This document shows, piece after piece, positions 26,995 to 36,696 of a DNA stretch of 63,917 nt. The stretch is from the NCBI GenBank assembly GCA_049283735.1, contig JBAPWO010000138.1, positions 1 to 63,917 of the forward strand, given 5' to 3'. Below the pieces are notes generated by a model that was not told where the DNA came from, did no database searches, and worked only from the letters and a program-made list of their open reading frames with translations. The stretch comes from Candidatus Dormiibacterota bacterium. GTDB lineage: Bacteria; Chloroflexota; Dormibacteria; Aeolococcales; Aeolococcaceae. A program made the position numbers and the translations under genes. Position 1 is the stretch's first letter. The number at the start of each line of letters is the position of its first letter.

Positions 26995-27887
26995 CATATT
27001 CGATAGTGGCTCGGGACCCGCAGACCGGAGACCTCGGCGTTGCGGTGCAGTCCCACTGGTTCTCGGTGGGCTCGGGGGTGACCTGGGCGGAATCCGGTGT
27101 CGGTGCGATCGCCACCCAGTCGTTTGCCGAACCTGCCTACGGACCCCGCGGGCTCGCCCTCCTGCGTCTCGGCGTCGACCCGGTGACCGCGCTCGCGGCG
27201 CTGACCGGCGCGGACGCCGATCAGAGCCGCCGCCAGGTCGCGTTTGTCGACGCCGGTGGACGGGTCGCTGCGCACACCGGTGACCAGTGCATCGAGGCTG
27301 CCGGGCACGTGACCGCCGGCGGGGTCTCGTGTCAGGCGAACATGATGCGCGGTCCCGGGGTGTGGCCGGCGATGCTCGACGCGTACCAGGTGTCGGACGG
27401 CGATCTCGCCGACCGTTTGATGGCCGCGCTCGACGCCGCCGAGGCCGCGGGTGGCGACATTCGCGGGCGTCAGTCGGCGGCGATGCTGATCGTCAAGGCA
27501 ACGGCTTCTGGCCAACCATGGCAGGATCGCATCGTCGACCTGCGCGTGGACGATGCGCCGGATCCGCTTGGCGAGCTGCGCCGCCTGCTGTCGGTGCACC
27601 GCGGCTACGAGCAGATGGAGGTCGCCGAGCAGCGCGAGAACGCCGGTGACATGATTGGGAGTCTCGAGGCTTACGAGCGGGCGCGCACGCTGCTTGCCGG
27701 CAACGACGAGGCGACCTTCTGGGCGGCGATTCTCATGGCCGGCGCCGGGCGAGCGGATGAGGCACGCGAGCTGCTCGCCGACATCACGTCGCGCGAACCA
27801 GGTTGGCGCGATCTGCTCCTGCGCCTGCCGGCGGCGGGGCTCCTGACCGACGGCGATTCGACGCTGGCGACCCTGCTGGGGTCGTGA
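26991..27887 (+). CDS. DUF1028-family (Ntn-hydrolase-like) protein with a TPR-like tail
   Basis: ATG 26991 (ATGA overlap) in track ORF 26754..27887. The N-terminus MTYSIVARDP is typical of DUF1028. Confidence 0.7.
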   Translation: MTYSIVARDPQTGDLGVAVQSHWFSVGSGVTWAESGVGAIATQSFAEPAYGPRGLALLRLGVDPVTALAALTGADADQSRRQVAFVDAGGRVAAHTGDQCIEAAGHVTAGGVSCQANMMRGPGVWPAMLDAYQVSDGDLADRLMAALDAAEAAGGDIRGRQSAAMLIVKATASGQPWQDRIVDLRVDDAPDPLGELRRLLSVHRGYEQMEVAEQRENAGDMIGSLEAYERARTLLAGNDEATFWAAILMAGAGRADEARELLADITSREPGWRDLLLRLPAAGLLTDGDSTLATLLGS

Positions 27888-27894
27888 GGGGAGT

Positions 27895-28269
27895 GCAAGC
27901 CGGCCGATAAGCCGGGTTCTGTCCTCCTCCGCGCGGCGGATGAGGGACGGTCATCCATCTGGGACGCCGGTTGCCCGGCGCCTCGAGCGGCCCACCTGAG
28001 ACGCGGGAAGCGAGCAACTCCTGAGCGCCGAAGCGCTCGGTCTCTGTTCGGCCTTGCTCCGGGCGGGGTTTACCTGGCCGGCCGGTCACCCGGCCGCCGG
28101 TGGGCTCTTACCCCACCATTTCACCGTTGCCCCGGACAGGTCCGGGGCTGTGTCATTTCTGTGGCACTCTCCTTCGGGTCACCCCGACTGGGCGTTACCC
28201 AGCGCCCTGCTCTGCGGAGCCCGGACTTTCCTCGGACGGTGTACGTCCGCGACCGTCTGGCCGGCTTGC
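27895..28269 (-). ncRNA. rnpB: RNase P RNA, bacterial type A
   Basis: The reverse complement contains GAGGAAAGTCCGGGCTCC (plus-strand 28216-28233) and ACAGAACCCGGCTTAT (plus-strand 27908-27923). P1 pairing joins 5' GCAAGCCGGCC to 3' GGCCGGCTTGC. The 5' end CAAGCCGGCCAGACGGTCGCGG parallels E. coli GAAGCUGACCAGACAGUCGCCGC. A TAGACT -10-like box lies 7 nt upstream on the minus strand. Confidence 0.9.
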
Positions 28270-28332
28270 GTGTCGAGTCTATCCTCTGGAGCTGCCGGAC
28301 ACGACATCCGCTTTGAGGAGGATCCGCCGACC

Positions 28333-29037
28333 ATGCACAGGCGTCTGCTGCTCCACGCCGGGGGTGACGCGGCGTCCGCGCGCCCGGCGGTGATCGACCA
28401 CCTTCGCGGGGCGCGCCGAGCGGTGATGATTCCGTACGCGCAGAGCGATCACGACCGCGCGACGGCCTGGTTCGCCGAGTGGCTTGCCCCACACGGTATC
28501 GAGATCGCCGGGGTGCACACCGGAGCCGATCCCGCCGCGGCCATCGCCGGCGCCGAGGCGATCTTCGTCACCGGCGGCAACAGCTTCCGGCTGGTCAGCG
28601 CGCTCCATCGACTGTCGCTGATCGACCCGGTTCGTGCCGCGATCGACGGCGGGATTCCCTATTTCGGCGCGAGCGCCGGCGCCAACGTCGCGTGCCCGAC
28701 CATCCGGACGACCAACGACATGCCGATCGTGCAACCGCCGAGCTTTGCCGCCTTCAACCTGGTGCCATTCCAGATCAACGCGCACTACATCGATCCGCCG
28801 CCGCCGGAGGCCCGCATCGGCGAGACCCGCGAGGAGCGCCTGATCGAGTTTCTCGAGGAGAACGAAGCGACCGTGGTGGCACTCCGGGAGCAGAGCTGGC
28901 TCGAGGTCGACGGCCCCTCGATGCGCCTGCGGGGGACGGGCGGGGCGGTGCTGTTCCGGAGGGGCGCCGAGCCCGGGCAGCTGTCCGGCGGAGTGGATCT
29001 GTCCTGGCTGCTCCTGGAAACCCCGCGCTACGGGTGA
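28333..29037 (+). CDS. pepE: Peptidase E-like (S51 family) dipeptidase
   Basis: ATG 28333 with GAGGAGGA upstream. The longer track ORF 28054..29037 would run through rnpB. Nucleophile region FVTGGNSF, and FGASAGAN. Confidence 0.75.
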   Translation: MHRRLLLHAGGDAASARPAVIDHLRGARRAVMIPYAQSDHDRATAWFAEWLAPHGIEIAGVHTGADPAAAIAGAEAIFVTGGNSFRLVSALHRLSLIDPVRAAIDGGIPYFGASAGANVACPTIRTTNDMPIVQPPSFAAFNLVPFQINAHYIDPPPPEARIGETREERLIEFLEENEATVVALREQSWLEVDGPSMRLRGTGGAVLFRRGAEPGQLSGGVDLSWLLLETPRYG

Positions 29038-29055
29038 TGCGTACATTTGTTTGCG

Positions 29056-29084
29056 TTGACGCCTCACCACACACCTGTTAGGGT
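29056..29084 (+). promoter_or_regulatory. Sigma-70-like promoter of the dcw cluster (Pmra candidate)
   Basis: TTGACG (29056-29061), 17-nt spacer, TAGGGT (29079-29084). Read directly. Confidence 0.4.
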
Positions 29085-29095
29085 TCGGCCCGCCG

Positions 29096-29120
29096 GTGGA
29101 GAAAAGTGGTGAGTAGTGGG
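29096..29120 (+). promoter_or_regulatory. Three direct GTGG(A/T/G) repeats at exact 10-bp spacing; candidate MraZ operator
   Basis: GTGGA 29096, GTGGT 29106, GTGGG 29116, just downstream of the -10 box and upstream of mraZ. This matches the known MraZ operator organisation (TGGGN/GTGGG repeats with 5-nt spacers). Confidence 0.5.
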
Positions 29121-29177
29121 GATACCGACGTGACGACGGCGAGGCTTGAGCAGACGGCGGTCGATGGGCGCGTCCCG

Positions 29178-29636
29178 ATGACGTTCTGCGGAACGTATCG
29201 GCACCACATCGACGAGAAGGGAAGGGTCGCGATTCCCGCCCAGTTGCGCCGCTTCCTGCCTGAGGGCAGCGTCGTCGCCCCCGGACCCGAGAGCCGCCTG
29301 ATGATCTGGCCACCTGACGAGTGGGCCGTGCAGAAGGATCTCTTCCGGCGCACCGCTGAGACACCGGCCCAGGAGCGCCGGTTCATGCGCTGGCTCACCG
29401 GGAACAGCTCGCTCTTCGAGGTCGACACCCAGGGGCGCCTCCTGCTCTCGGCACAGCAGCGGGCGTTTGGCCAGATCGTCGACCAGGTCGTCTTCGTCGG
29501 CCTCGACACCGGCGTCGAGATCGTCGCGGGCAAGCTCTGGCAGTCAGAACAGGCGGAGCTCAGCCCCGCGGAATTCACCCAGGTCTGGGACCTGGTCCAC
29601 CAGCGCGGCACGTCCGCATCTCCGTCTCCGGCGTGA
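29178..29636 (+). CDS. mraZ: Transcriptional regulator MraZ
   Basis: ATG 29178 in track ORF 29106..29636. Two SpoVT/AbrB-like repeats: DEKGRVAIPA and DTQGRLLLSA. Confidence 0.85.
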   Translation: MTFCGTYRHHIDEKGRVAIPAQLRRFLPEGSVVAPGPESRLMIWPPDEWAVQKDLFRRTAETPAQERRFMRWLTGNSSLFEVDTQGRLLLSAQQRAFGQIVDQVVFVGLDTGVEIVAGKLWQSEQAELSPAEFTQVWDLVHQRGTSASPSPA

Positions 29637-29663
29637 GCGCCCCAGACGGATCGGCCTCGTTAC

Positions 29664-30680
29664 ATGACCATCCCCCTGTCGTTCGTGGCCGGCATGGGGA
29701 CGCTCGTCGGTGCCACGCCCGGTGCCCCGTCGCTTGACGGCGCGGGCCACCGGCCGGTCCTTCTCACACCCCTCATAGAGAGCCTGCAGCCCCGGCCCGG
29801 GCAGATCGCCGTCGACGCCACCTTTGGCGCCGGCGGGGTCACGGCCGCGCTCCTCGAGCGCGTCGCCCCGGGCGGCCGGGTAATCGCGATCGATCGCGAT
29901 CAGAGCGCTGTCGACGCCGGTCGCGCCCGTTTCGGCGCAGACGGCGCCGTCGAGATCGCCCAGGGTGACTTCGCCGACCTCGAAGCCATCGTCCACGCGC
30001 ACGGCGTGGCGGCGGCAGACGTCGTCGTCTTCGACCTCGGCATCTCGTCCCTCCAGCTCGACGACCCGGCCCGCGGCTTCAGCTTCCGCCTCGACGGGCC
30101 GCTCGACATGCGCATGAACCCGAGCTCCGGCATGACCGCCGCGCACCTTGTCGACTCGCTGACAGCGGACGAGCTGACCTCGATGATCCGTGACTACGGC
30201 GACGAGCGGTTCGCGCGGTCGATCGCAACCCGAATCGTCAGAGCCCGGGAGCGGACGCCGATCACCACCACGACGCAGCTTCGCGAGCTGGTCGAGCAGG
30301 TGGTGCCCCGGCGGTTCTGGCCGAAGCGGATCCACCCGGCGACGCGCACCTTCCAGGCGCTTCGCATCGCGGTGAATCACGAACTGGAAAGCCTCGAACG
30401 AGGCCTGCAGGCAGCAATCAGCATCCTCCGGCCCGGTGGGCGTCTTGGGGTCATCTCCTTCCACTCTCTCGAGGACACCCTTGTAAAGAATGCACTCCAC
30501 GTCGCAGCTCAGAATTGTGTCTGTCCGCCCCAACAGCCCCACTGCACCTGCGTCCACCGGGCCACACTCTTTCTCCTCACCCGCAAGGTGATCCGGCCGG
30601 ATTCCGCGGAACTGGCCACGAATCCGAGATCGCGCTCGGCGCGCCTGCGGGTGGCGGAGAAGCTCGCCACCGAGGGGTGA
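29664..30680 (+). CDS. rsmH: 16S rRNA (cytosine1402-N4)-methyltransferase
   Basis: 338 aa. SAM site DATFGAGG, and FHSLEDTLVK. Located after mraZ. Confidence 0.9.
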   Translation: MTIPLSFVAGMGTLVGATPGAPSLDGAGHRPVLLTPLIESLQPRPGQIAVDATFGAGGVTAALLERVAPGGRVIAIDRDQSAVDAGRARFGADGAVEIAQGDFADLEAIVHAHGVAAADVVVFDLGISSLQLDDPARGFSFRLDGPLDMRMNPSSGMTAAHLVDSLTADELTSMIRDYGDERFARSIATRIVRARERTPITTTTQLRELVEQVVPRRFWPKRIHPATRTFQALRIAVNHELESLERGLQAAISILRPGGRLGVISFHSLEDTLVKNALHVAAQNCVCPPQQPHCTCVHRATLFLLTRKVIRPDSAELATNPRSRSARLRVAEKLATEG

Positions 30681-30832
30681 CGAGCGCCGCCACATCTCGA
30701 CGCCTCACGTCGCGCCCCAGGGGGGAGCCGCGCCCGGCGCGACTCTCCCCGCCACCACTCCCGTCGCCGGCCCGGCACCGTCGGTGCCCCTCCATCGTCC
30801 ACCTCAACGTTTCACCACTGGAGATCAGGGCA

Positions 30833-31315
30833 GTGCCCAACTTGCGTTTCGCACATGGCGTCGACCGCGCGTCGACGCCCACGGCCGCCGGCGTCGACGA
30901 CGTCCCGTTCGAGCCACTGGTTCGGCGGCTGCGCATCCGTCGCGGCGGCCCCCGCACGCCGTTGCCATTGCTGCCGGTGATCGCGATCGCCGCCGGGATC
31001 GGCATCGCGTACGTCAACCAGACGGCGCACGTCACCACGGCCACCTACCAGGCCACACGCCTCGCCTCCCAACAGCAGCAGCTCGTCGCCCAGGACTCGC
31101 AGCTCGGCGCTGAGCTCTCCCGCCTGCAGTCGTCGGAGCGGATCATCTTCGCGGCTCAGGGGATGGGCATGCGCCCGGCTGGGAAATGGGCGTACGTCGT
31201 CTCAGCGCCGCATAACGTGCTCACGTCGCCACCCGCCGAGCAGCTCACCGGCAGCGACACCAACGGCACCCTGCAGCAGCTGATCGGCGCACTCGACGGC
31301 GCCTGGGGTCGATGA
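30833..31315 (+). CDS. ftsL: FtsL-like cell-division protein (single TM plus coiled coil)
   Basis: GTG 30833 preceded by GGAGATCAGGG, inside track ORF 30515..31315. An alternative GTG 30677 overlaps the rsmH stop. TM helix LPLLPVIAIAAGIGIAYV, then a Gln/Leu-rich coil. Assigned from position and topology rather than strong sequence similarity. Confidence 0.5.
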   Translation: MPNLRFAHGVDRASTPTAAGVDDVPFEPLVRRLRIRRGGPRTPLPLLPVIAIAAGIGIAYVNQTAHVTTATYQATRLASQQQQLVAQDSQLGAELSRLQSSERIIFAAQGMGMRPAGKWAYVVSAPHNVLTSPPAEQLTGSDTNGTLQQLIGALDGAWGR

Positions 31316-33084
31316 ATCCTCGCCGCGGCACGCCGGGATCGGCACGGTCGGCGCACGCGCACGCGCTCTCCGACGCACCCGATCTGCGGCGTCGCGGGCT
31401 CTGGCTGGTGCTCGCGTTCCTCGCCATGGCAACCGCCGTCTTCGGCCGCCTGGTGCAGGTCCAGGTGATCCAGGGGAAGGCGCTCGCCCGCGCCGCGGCC
31501 GCGTCGCACACGACGTCGATCACGCTGCACGCCACTCGCGGGTTGATCCTCGACCGTAACGGACGCGTCCTGGTGAGCAACGTCCAGGTCTTCGACGTGT
31601 TCGCCGATCCGGCGCTCGTGCCGGCCGCGGATCGCGTGCAGGTGGCGGGCATGCTCGCCCCGATCCTGCAGCTCACGGCGAGCCAGGTCCTGCGCGTGCT
31701 CACTCAGCCCAACCAGTTCGACTACCTCGCCAAGGGCGTCTCCCAGGATGTCAACGACAAGCTCCAGGCACTCGGCCTCAGCGGTGTCGGCACCATCCCT
31801 TCCGAGCAGGCCGTCTACGATCCGTCGCCCGTGCCCGGCGATTCGTTCGCCGCCAACCTGCTCGGCTTCGTCAACGCCGGCGGTGTCGGTCAGTACGGTC
31901 TCGAGGGGTACTACAACTCGATCCTGTCCGGCGTCACCGGACACGAGTCCACCCTGACCGACGTCAACGGCAACGCCATCGTCCTCGGCAGGCAGCAGAT
32001 GGTTCCTGCTAAAAATGGCGATAACCTGCAGCTCGGGCTCGACTCGCAGATCCAGTACTGGGCCGACCTGGCGATCGCTAACGGGGTGAACTCGTCGAAG
32101 TCCACGTCGGGCACCCTGATGATCATGGACACCAAGACCGGGGCGATCGACGCCTGGGCCCAGTACCCGTCGTACAACGCCAACGACTTCGCCTCCGCGA
32201 GCATCGCGGATTTCCGCGACCTGGCGGTGACCCAACCCTACGAGCCCGGTTCGATCATGAAGGTCATCACCTTCGCGGGCGGTCTCAACAACAACGCCTT
32301 CACCCCGAGCACGGTCATCGACGAGAAGCAGCAGCGGATCGATGGATACCTCATCCATGACTGGGATCGGAAATCGCATGGCAACGTCACCATGCAGTGG
32401 GTGCTCGACGACTCACTGAACAACGGGGCCATCGACGCCGAGAAGATGGAAGGCCAGAACGCGTTCTACAACAACCTGCTCGCCTTCGGGATCGGCGCCC
32501 CCACCGGGATCGACCTGGCCGGCGAGGTCAACAACCCACTGGCGCCGACGTCGTCGTGGAATGACCTGCGGTACGCGGAGGCGTCCTTCGGGCAGGGGCT
32601 CGTGACCACGCCGGTGGAGATGCTGGCCGCGGTGAACGCGGTCGCCAACGGCGGCATCTGGGTGCAGCCGCACGCCGTCGATGCCGTCGTCAACCCCAAC
32701 ACTGGCAAGGCCACGCCATTCGTGCCGGTGACCCGCCGTGTCATCTCCGCCGCCGCCGCGACGACCCTCGCGCACATGATGGTGGGTGTGGTGAACGACC
32801 CCGGCGGCGAGGGCAAGCGGGCAAAGATCCCCGGCTACAGCATGGAGATCGCGGGCAAGACCGGGACGGCTCAGGTCGCGCTCCCCAACGGGGGAGGGTA
32901 CGGCCCCAACGTGGTGGCGTCCTTCGTGGGCTTCCTACCGGTCACCAACCCGCGGTTCACCATGATGGTGATCCTGAACAACCCACAGGTGAGCGCCGGT
33001 AACCGGTTCGGCTCCATCCTCGCCGCGCCGATCTGGAAGCAGATGGCCGAGATGATGATCGACGACTGGCGCATCGAACCGTGA
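31312..33084 (+). CDS. ftsI: Class B penicillin-binding protein (FtsI-type transpeptidase)
   Basis: 590 aa, ATGA overlap with ftsL. N-terminal TM helix, SxxK as SIMK, SxN as SLN, KTG as KTGTA. Confidence 0.85.
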   Translation: MNPRRGTPGSARSAHAHALSDAPDLRRRGLWLVLAFLAMATAVFGRLVQVQVIQGKALARAAAASHTTSITLHATRGLILDRNGRVLVSNVQVFDVFADPALVPAADRVQVAGMLAPILQLTASQVLRVLTQPNQFDYLAKGVSQDVNDKLQALGLSGVGTIPSEQAVYDPSPVPGDSFAANLLGFVNAGGVGQYGLEGYYNSILSGVTGHESTLTDVNGNAIVLGRQQMVPAKNGDNLQLGLDSQIQYWADLAIANGVNSSKSTSGTLMIMDTKTGAIDAWAQYPSYNANDFASASIADFRDLAVTQPYEPGSIMKVITFAGGLNNNAFTPSTVIDEKQQRIDGYLIHDWDRKSHGNVTMQWVLDDSLNNGAIDAEKMEGQNAFYNNLLAFGIGAPTGIDLAGEVNNPLAPTSSWNDLRYAEASFGQGLVTTPVEMLAAVNAVANGGIWVQPHAVDAVVNPNTGKATPFVPVTRRVISAAAATTLAHMMVGVVNDPGGEGKRAKIPGYSMEIAGKTGTAQVALPNGGGYGPNVVASFVGFLPVTNPRFTMMVILNNPQVSAGNRFGSILAAPIWKQMAEMMIDDWRIEP

Positions 33085-34040
33085 GGGAGACCATCCTCCT
33101 CGGGGTAATCGCCTTCGTGGCGGGTGTGGTCCTGTATCCAGCGTTCATCGGCCTGCTGGTGCGGTTCGGGGCGCGTCAGCACGTCGCCTCATACAGTCCG
33201 GCGAGCCACCGCGCCAAGGAGGGAACACCGACGCTCGGCGGTGCGCTGTTCTGCCTGGTGGTGCTCGTCGCCTGGCTCGCCGTCGATCGCTCCCGCCAGG
33301 GCTTCATCCCGCTCTTCGCGCTACTCGCCGGGGCAATCGCGGGCGGCCTCGACGACATCGTCAACATCAACGACGCCGGGCGGCTCGGGCTCTCGGTGTG
33401 GCAGAAGCTCGGTCTTCAGGGCGTCACCGGCGTGCTCGTCGGGGTCGGGCTGACCATCGCCGGGTTCACCCATCAGTTCTTTCCCGGGCTCGGCGCGCCG
33501 AACCTCGGCTGGGGTCTGGCCGTGGTGGTGGCGATCGCGGTCGTCGCCACCAGCAACGCCGTCAACCTCACCGACGGTGTCGACGGCCTCGCCGCGTCAT
33601 GTACGTCGCTCGTGCTCGTCGGCATCACGATCATCGCGGTGATGCGAGGCGACCACTCGGTCGCGATCCTCGCCGCGGCACTCGCCGGGTCAGTGGCCGC
33701 ATTCCTGCTCTTCAACTGGTTCCCGGCCCGGGTGTTCATGGGTGACGCGGGGTCGCTTGCTCTCGGATCCGCCATCGTGGCGCTGTCCGCGGAGTTGCAC
33801 CTCATCTGGTTGCTCCCGGTGCTCGGCATCGTCTTCGTTGTCGAGGCGGCGAGCGTCGTGGTCAACGTCACCGCGATACGAAGGTTCGGCACTCGCGTGC
33901 TGCGCGCGAGCCCGATCCACCATCACTTCGAGGAGCTCGGGCTCCGGGAGCAGCGACTCGTCGCGGCCTTCGCAGCGGCGGCGGCGGCCGGCGCGGCGAT
34001 CACCGTGCTGTTCGCGCGCGTCGCCGGGCCGGCGTCGTGA
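33081..34040 (+). CDS. mraY: Phospho-N-acetylmuramoyl-pentapeptide transferase
   Basis: 319 aa, GTGA overlap with ftsI. NLTDGVDGLA, MGDAGSLALG, PIHHHFE. Confidence 0.9.
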   Translation: MRETILLGVIAFVAGVVLYPAFIGLLVRFGARQHVASYSPASHRAKEGTPTLGGALFCLVVLVAWLAVDRSRQGFIPLFALLAGAIAGGLDDIVNINDAGRLGLSVWQKLGLQGVTGVLVGVGLTIAGFTHQFFPGLGAPNLGWGLAVVVAIAVVATSNAVNLTDGVDGLAASCTSLVLVGITIIAVMRGDHSVAILAAALAGSVAAFLLFNWFPARVFMGDAGSLALGSAIVALSAELHLIWLLPVLGIVFVVEAASVVVNVTAIRRFGTRVLRASPIHHHFEELGLREQRLVAAFAAAAAAGAAITVLFARVAGPAS

Positions 34041-35401
34041 CCGGCAAGCCGGTGGTGGTGATCGGAGCGGGGCGGAGCGGCCTCGCCTGCGCGCTGACGC
34101 TCGCCAGAGAAGGCCATCACGTCGTGCTCGTCGATCGCTCCGACACCCTCGCAATCCGGGAGCGCATCGCGCTCCTCCCCGCCAAGGTCGACGTGCGTCT
34201 GGGCGGCTACCCCGACGACGTCGCGGCGGACGCGCTCATGGTCTGCCCCAGTCCGGGCGTGCCGTGGAATGCGCCCGAGCTCGAGATCGCCCGCGCCCAC
34301 GGCGTGCCGGTGCGCAGCGAGATGGACCTCGTCTTCGAACGCTGCCGTGCGCGCATCTGCGGCGTCACCGGCACCAATGGCAAGACGACGACGACCGCGC
34401 TGGTCGCCGCGATCCTCGAGCGCGGCGGAGAACGCGTCCACCTCGGCGGCAACATCGGCGTGACCATGCTCGACCGCCTCGACGCGGTGAGCGACACCGA
34501 CTGGGTGGTGCTCGAGCTGTCGTCGTTCCAGATCGAGTCGGTGAGCGAGCCGCGCTGTGCGATCGCGTGCGTGCTCAACGTGACACCCGATCACCTCGAC
34601 CGCCACGGCGATTTCGCGGCCTACGCCGAGACCAAGCGACGCCTGGTGCAGTTCGCGTTCGATGACGCAGTCCTTGGCTTCGACGATCCGATCACGCGAG
34701 CGATGGCCGAGGTCGCACAGTGCCCCGTGCACGAGTTCGGCATCGGCCCCGGCATCATCGACGGCGCCACACGCAGCGGCGACGACGTGGTCGTCGTCGA
34801 GCAGGGTGCGGTGACGCCGGTGCTGCCGGTGGGAGACATCCCGCTTTTCGGGGAGCACAACCTGCAGAACGTGCTCGCCGCGGTCGCGGTCGCGCGTGCC
34901 GCCGGGGTCGCGACGTCGCCGATCGCCGGCGCGGTGCGCGATTTCCACGCGGTACCCCACCGGCTGCAGACCATCCACGACCAGGATGGCGTGCTCTGGG
35001 TCAACGACAGCAAGGCGACCAACGTCGAATCCGCGACCGCGGCGTTGCGCTCCTTTCCGGGCCGAACCATCGTGTGGATCGGCGGCGGCAAGGGCGCGGG
35101 CACGTCGATCGAGCCACTCGCCGACGAGATCGCAGCTCGGGCGCGCCACGCGGTGCTCAACGGAGCGAGCGCGGGCGAGCTCGACGAGGCGCTCTCGCGG
35201 CGGGGCTTTGCCGCCCGCACCGTCGTCGCCACCCTCGAGGATGCGGTCGTCGCTGCAGCCGGGCTCGCGCGAGACGGCGACGTGGTGCTGCTCGCCCCGG
35301 GATACAAGAGCTTCGACCAGTTCCGCGATTTCGAGGATCGCGGTCACGCGTTCCGTGAAGCCGTCGAGCACCTCTCGACGCACGCGGTGAGCAGGGACTG
35401 A
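34037..35401 (+). CDS. murD: UDP-N-acetylmuramoylalanine--D-glutamate ligase
   Basis: 454 aa, GTGA overlap. Rossmann-like VVVIGAGRSGLA, P-loop GVTGTNGKTTT, GGNIG. Confidence 0.85.
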   Translation: MTGKPVVVIGAGRSGLACALTLAREGHHVVLVDRSDTLAIRERIALLPAKVDVRLGGYPDDVAADALMVCPSPGVPWNAPELEIARAHGVPVRSEMDLVFERCRARICGVTGTNGKTTTTALVAAILERGGERVHLGGNIGVTMLDRLDAVSDTDWVVLELSSFQIESVSEPRCAIACVLNVTPDHLDRHGDFAAYAETKRRLVQFAFDDAVLGFDDPITRAMAEVAQCPVHEFGIGPGIIDGATRSGDDVVVVEQGAVTPVLPVGDIPLFGEHNLQNVLAAVAVARAAGVATSPIAGAVRDFHAVPHRLQTIHDQDGVLWVNDSKATNVESATAALRSFPGRTIVWIGGGKGAGTSIEPLADEIAARARHAVLNGASAGELDEALSRRGFAARTVVATLEDAVVAAAGLARDGDVVLLAPGYKSFDQFRDFEDRGHAFREAVEHLSTHAVSRD

Positions 35402-36696
35402 TGGCGGCGCGGACGGGCAGGCTCACCGACGGCCTCGCCGGGAAGTGGCGCTGGCGTGGTGGTGCCCGCGTGGCCGGTGCCTTCGCATCGGCGGATCGCG
35501 CCGCCGCGGCCGCCGGGGTCGACGGCTGGCTGATGATCATCGTCGTCGGCCTGGTCGGGTTCGGGCTGGTGATGGTCTACAGCGCATCCGAGGCGCTCGG
35601 TTTCCTCTGGTACAACGACCCCAACTACTTCTTCGCCCATCAGCTGCTCGGAGCGGCACTGGGCGGCGTCGGTCTTGTCGTGGCCGCGAAGGTCGACTAC
35701 CACCGCCTTTCCCGGCTTGCGCGCCCGGCCATGTTCCTCATGCTCGTCCTGCTCGTGGTGGTGCTGATCCCCCACGTCGGTGCGCGGCATTTCGGCGCGC
35801 AGCGCTGGTTCCAGGTCGGTCCGCTCTCGGTGCAGCCGTCGGCGATCGCCGTCGGGGTCGCGATCGTCTTCTTCTCGCGCTGGCTCACCGACCGCGAAGG
35901 TTCGGTGCGCACCCTGCGCGGCGTTCGCGACTACGTCATCGTGCTCGTGGCGCTCCTCGGTCTCGTGCTCGCGGAGCGCGACTTCGGTAGCTCGATCGTC
36001 ATCGCCGCGACGGCACTGATCCTGCTCGCCCTGGCAGGCGCCCGCAAGCGGCACCTCCTGTTGATCATCGTCGGCTTCGGTGGGCTGAGCTTTGCCCTGG
36101 TCGACCTGGTCGCCTACCGGGCCGACCGCCTCGCTCATTTCCTGAATCCGTGCGCAGCCGCGCTCGGCTCGGGGTTCCAGAACTGCCAGGCGCTCTACGC
36201 CTTCGGCTCCGGCGGGATCTTCGGGGTGGGGCTGGGCAACTCGGTGCAGAAGTACGAGTGGCTCCCCGAGGCGCACACCGACTTCATCTTCGCCATCATC
36301 GGCGAGGAACTCGGGCTGATCGGAACCGTCGCGGTCCTCGGGGCGTTCCTGTTCCTTGCGTGGCGCGGCGTTCGCGCCTCGCTTCGGGCGCCCGACCGAT
36401 TCGGCGCCCTGCTCGCGGGAGGCATCACATCGTGGATCTGCATGCAGGCGTTCATCAACGTGATGGCGGTCACCGGGGTCATCCCGACCACGGGCATCCC
36501 GCTGCCCTTCATCAGCTACGGTGGCACCTCGCTGGCGACCACCCTCGTGGGCATGGGCATCCTGCTCAACATCTCCGCCCAGGGTCGACGGCAAGGGACG
36601 ACGAATCGTGCGCACGTTGATCGCTGGGGGGGGAACTGGGGGTCACTTGACCCCGGCCCTGGCGGTCGCGCTCGCGCTGCGAAGCGATCGGCCTGA
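35401..36696 (+). CDS. ftsW: SEDS-family peptidoglycan glycosyltransferase FtsW
   Basis: 431 aa. The ATG shares 1 nt with the murD stop. Polytopic. PEAHTDFIFAIIGEELG and LPFISYGGTS. If murG starts at 36608, the last 89 nt overlap murG in another frame. Confidence 0.85.
   Translation: MAARTGRLTDGLAGKWRWRGGARVAGAFASADRAAAAAGVDGWLMIIVVGLVGFGLVMVYSASEALGFLWYNDPNYFFAHQLLGAALGGVGLVVAAKVDYHRLSRLARPAMFLMLVLLVVVLIPHVGARHFGAQRWFQVGPLSVQPSAIAVGVAIVFFSRWLTDREGSVRTLRGVRDYVIVLVALLGLVLAERDFGSSIVIAATALILLALAGARKRHLLLIIVGFGGLSFALVDLVAYRADRLAHFLNPCAAALGSGFQNCQALYAFGSGGIFGVGLGNSVQKYEWLPEAHTDFIFAIIGEELGLIGTVAVLGAFLFLAWRGVRASLRAPDRFGALLAGGITSWICMQAFINVMAVTGVIPTTGIPLPFISYGGTSLATTLVGMGILLNISAQGRRQGTTNRAHVDRWGGNWGSLDPGPGGRARAAKRSA

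Noticed and set aside
28054-28332. N-terminal 93 codons of the 327-aa track ORF 28054..29037
   Set aside because: This stretch lies antisense over the RNase P RNA gene (27895-28269) and has no peptidase homology. The S51 peptidase homology starts at ATG 28333, which has a GAGGAGGA Shine-Dalgarno sequence.
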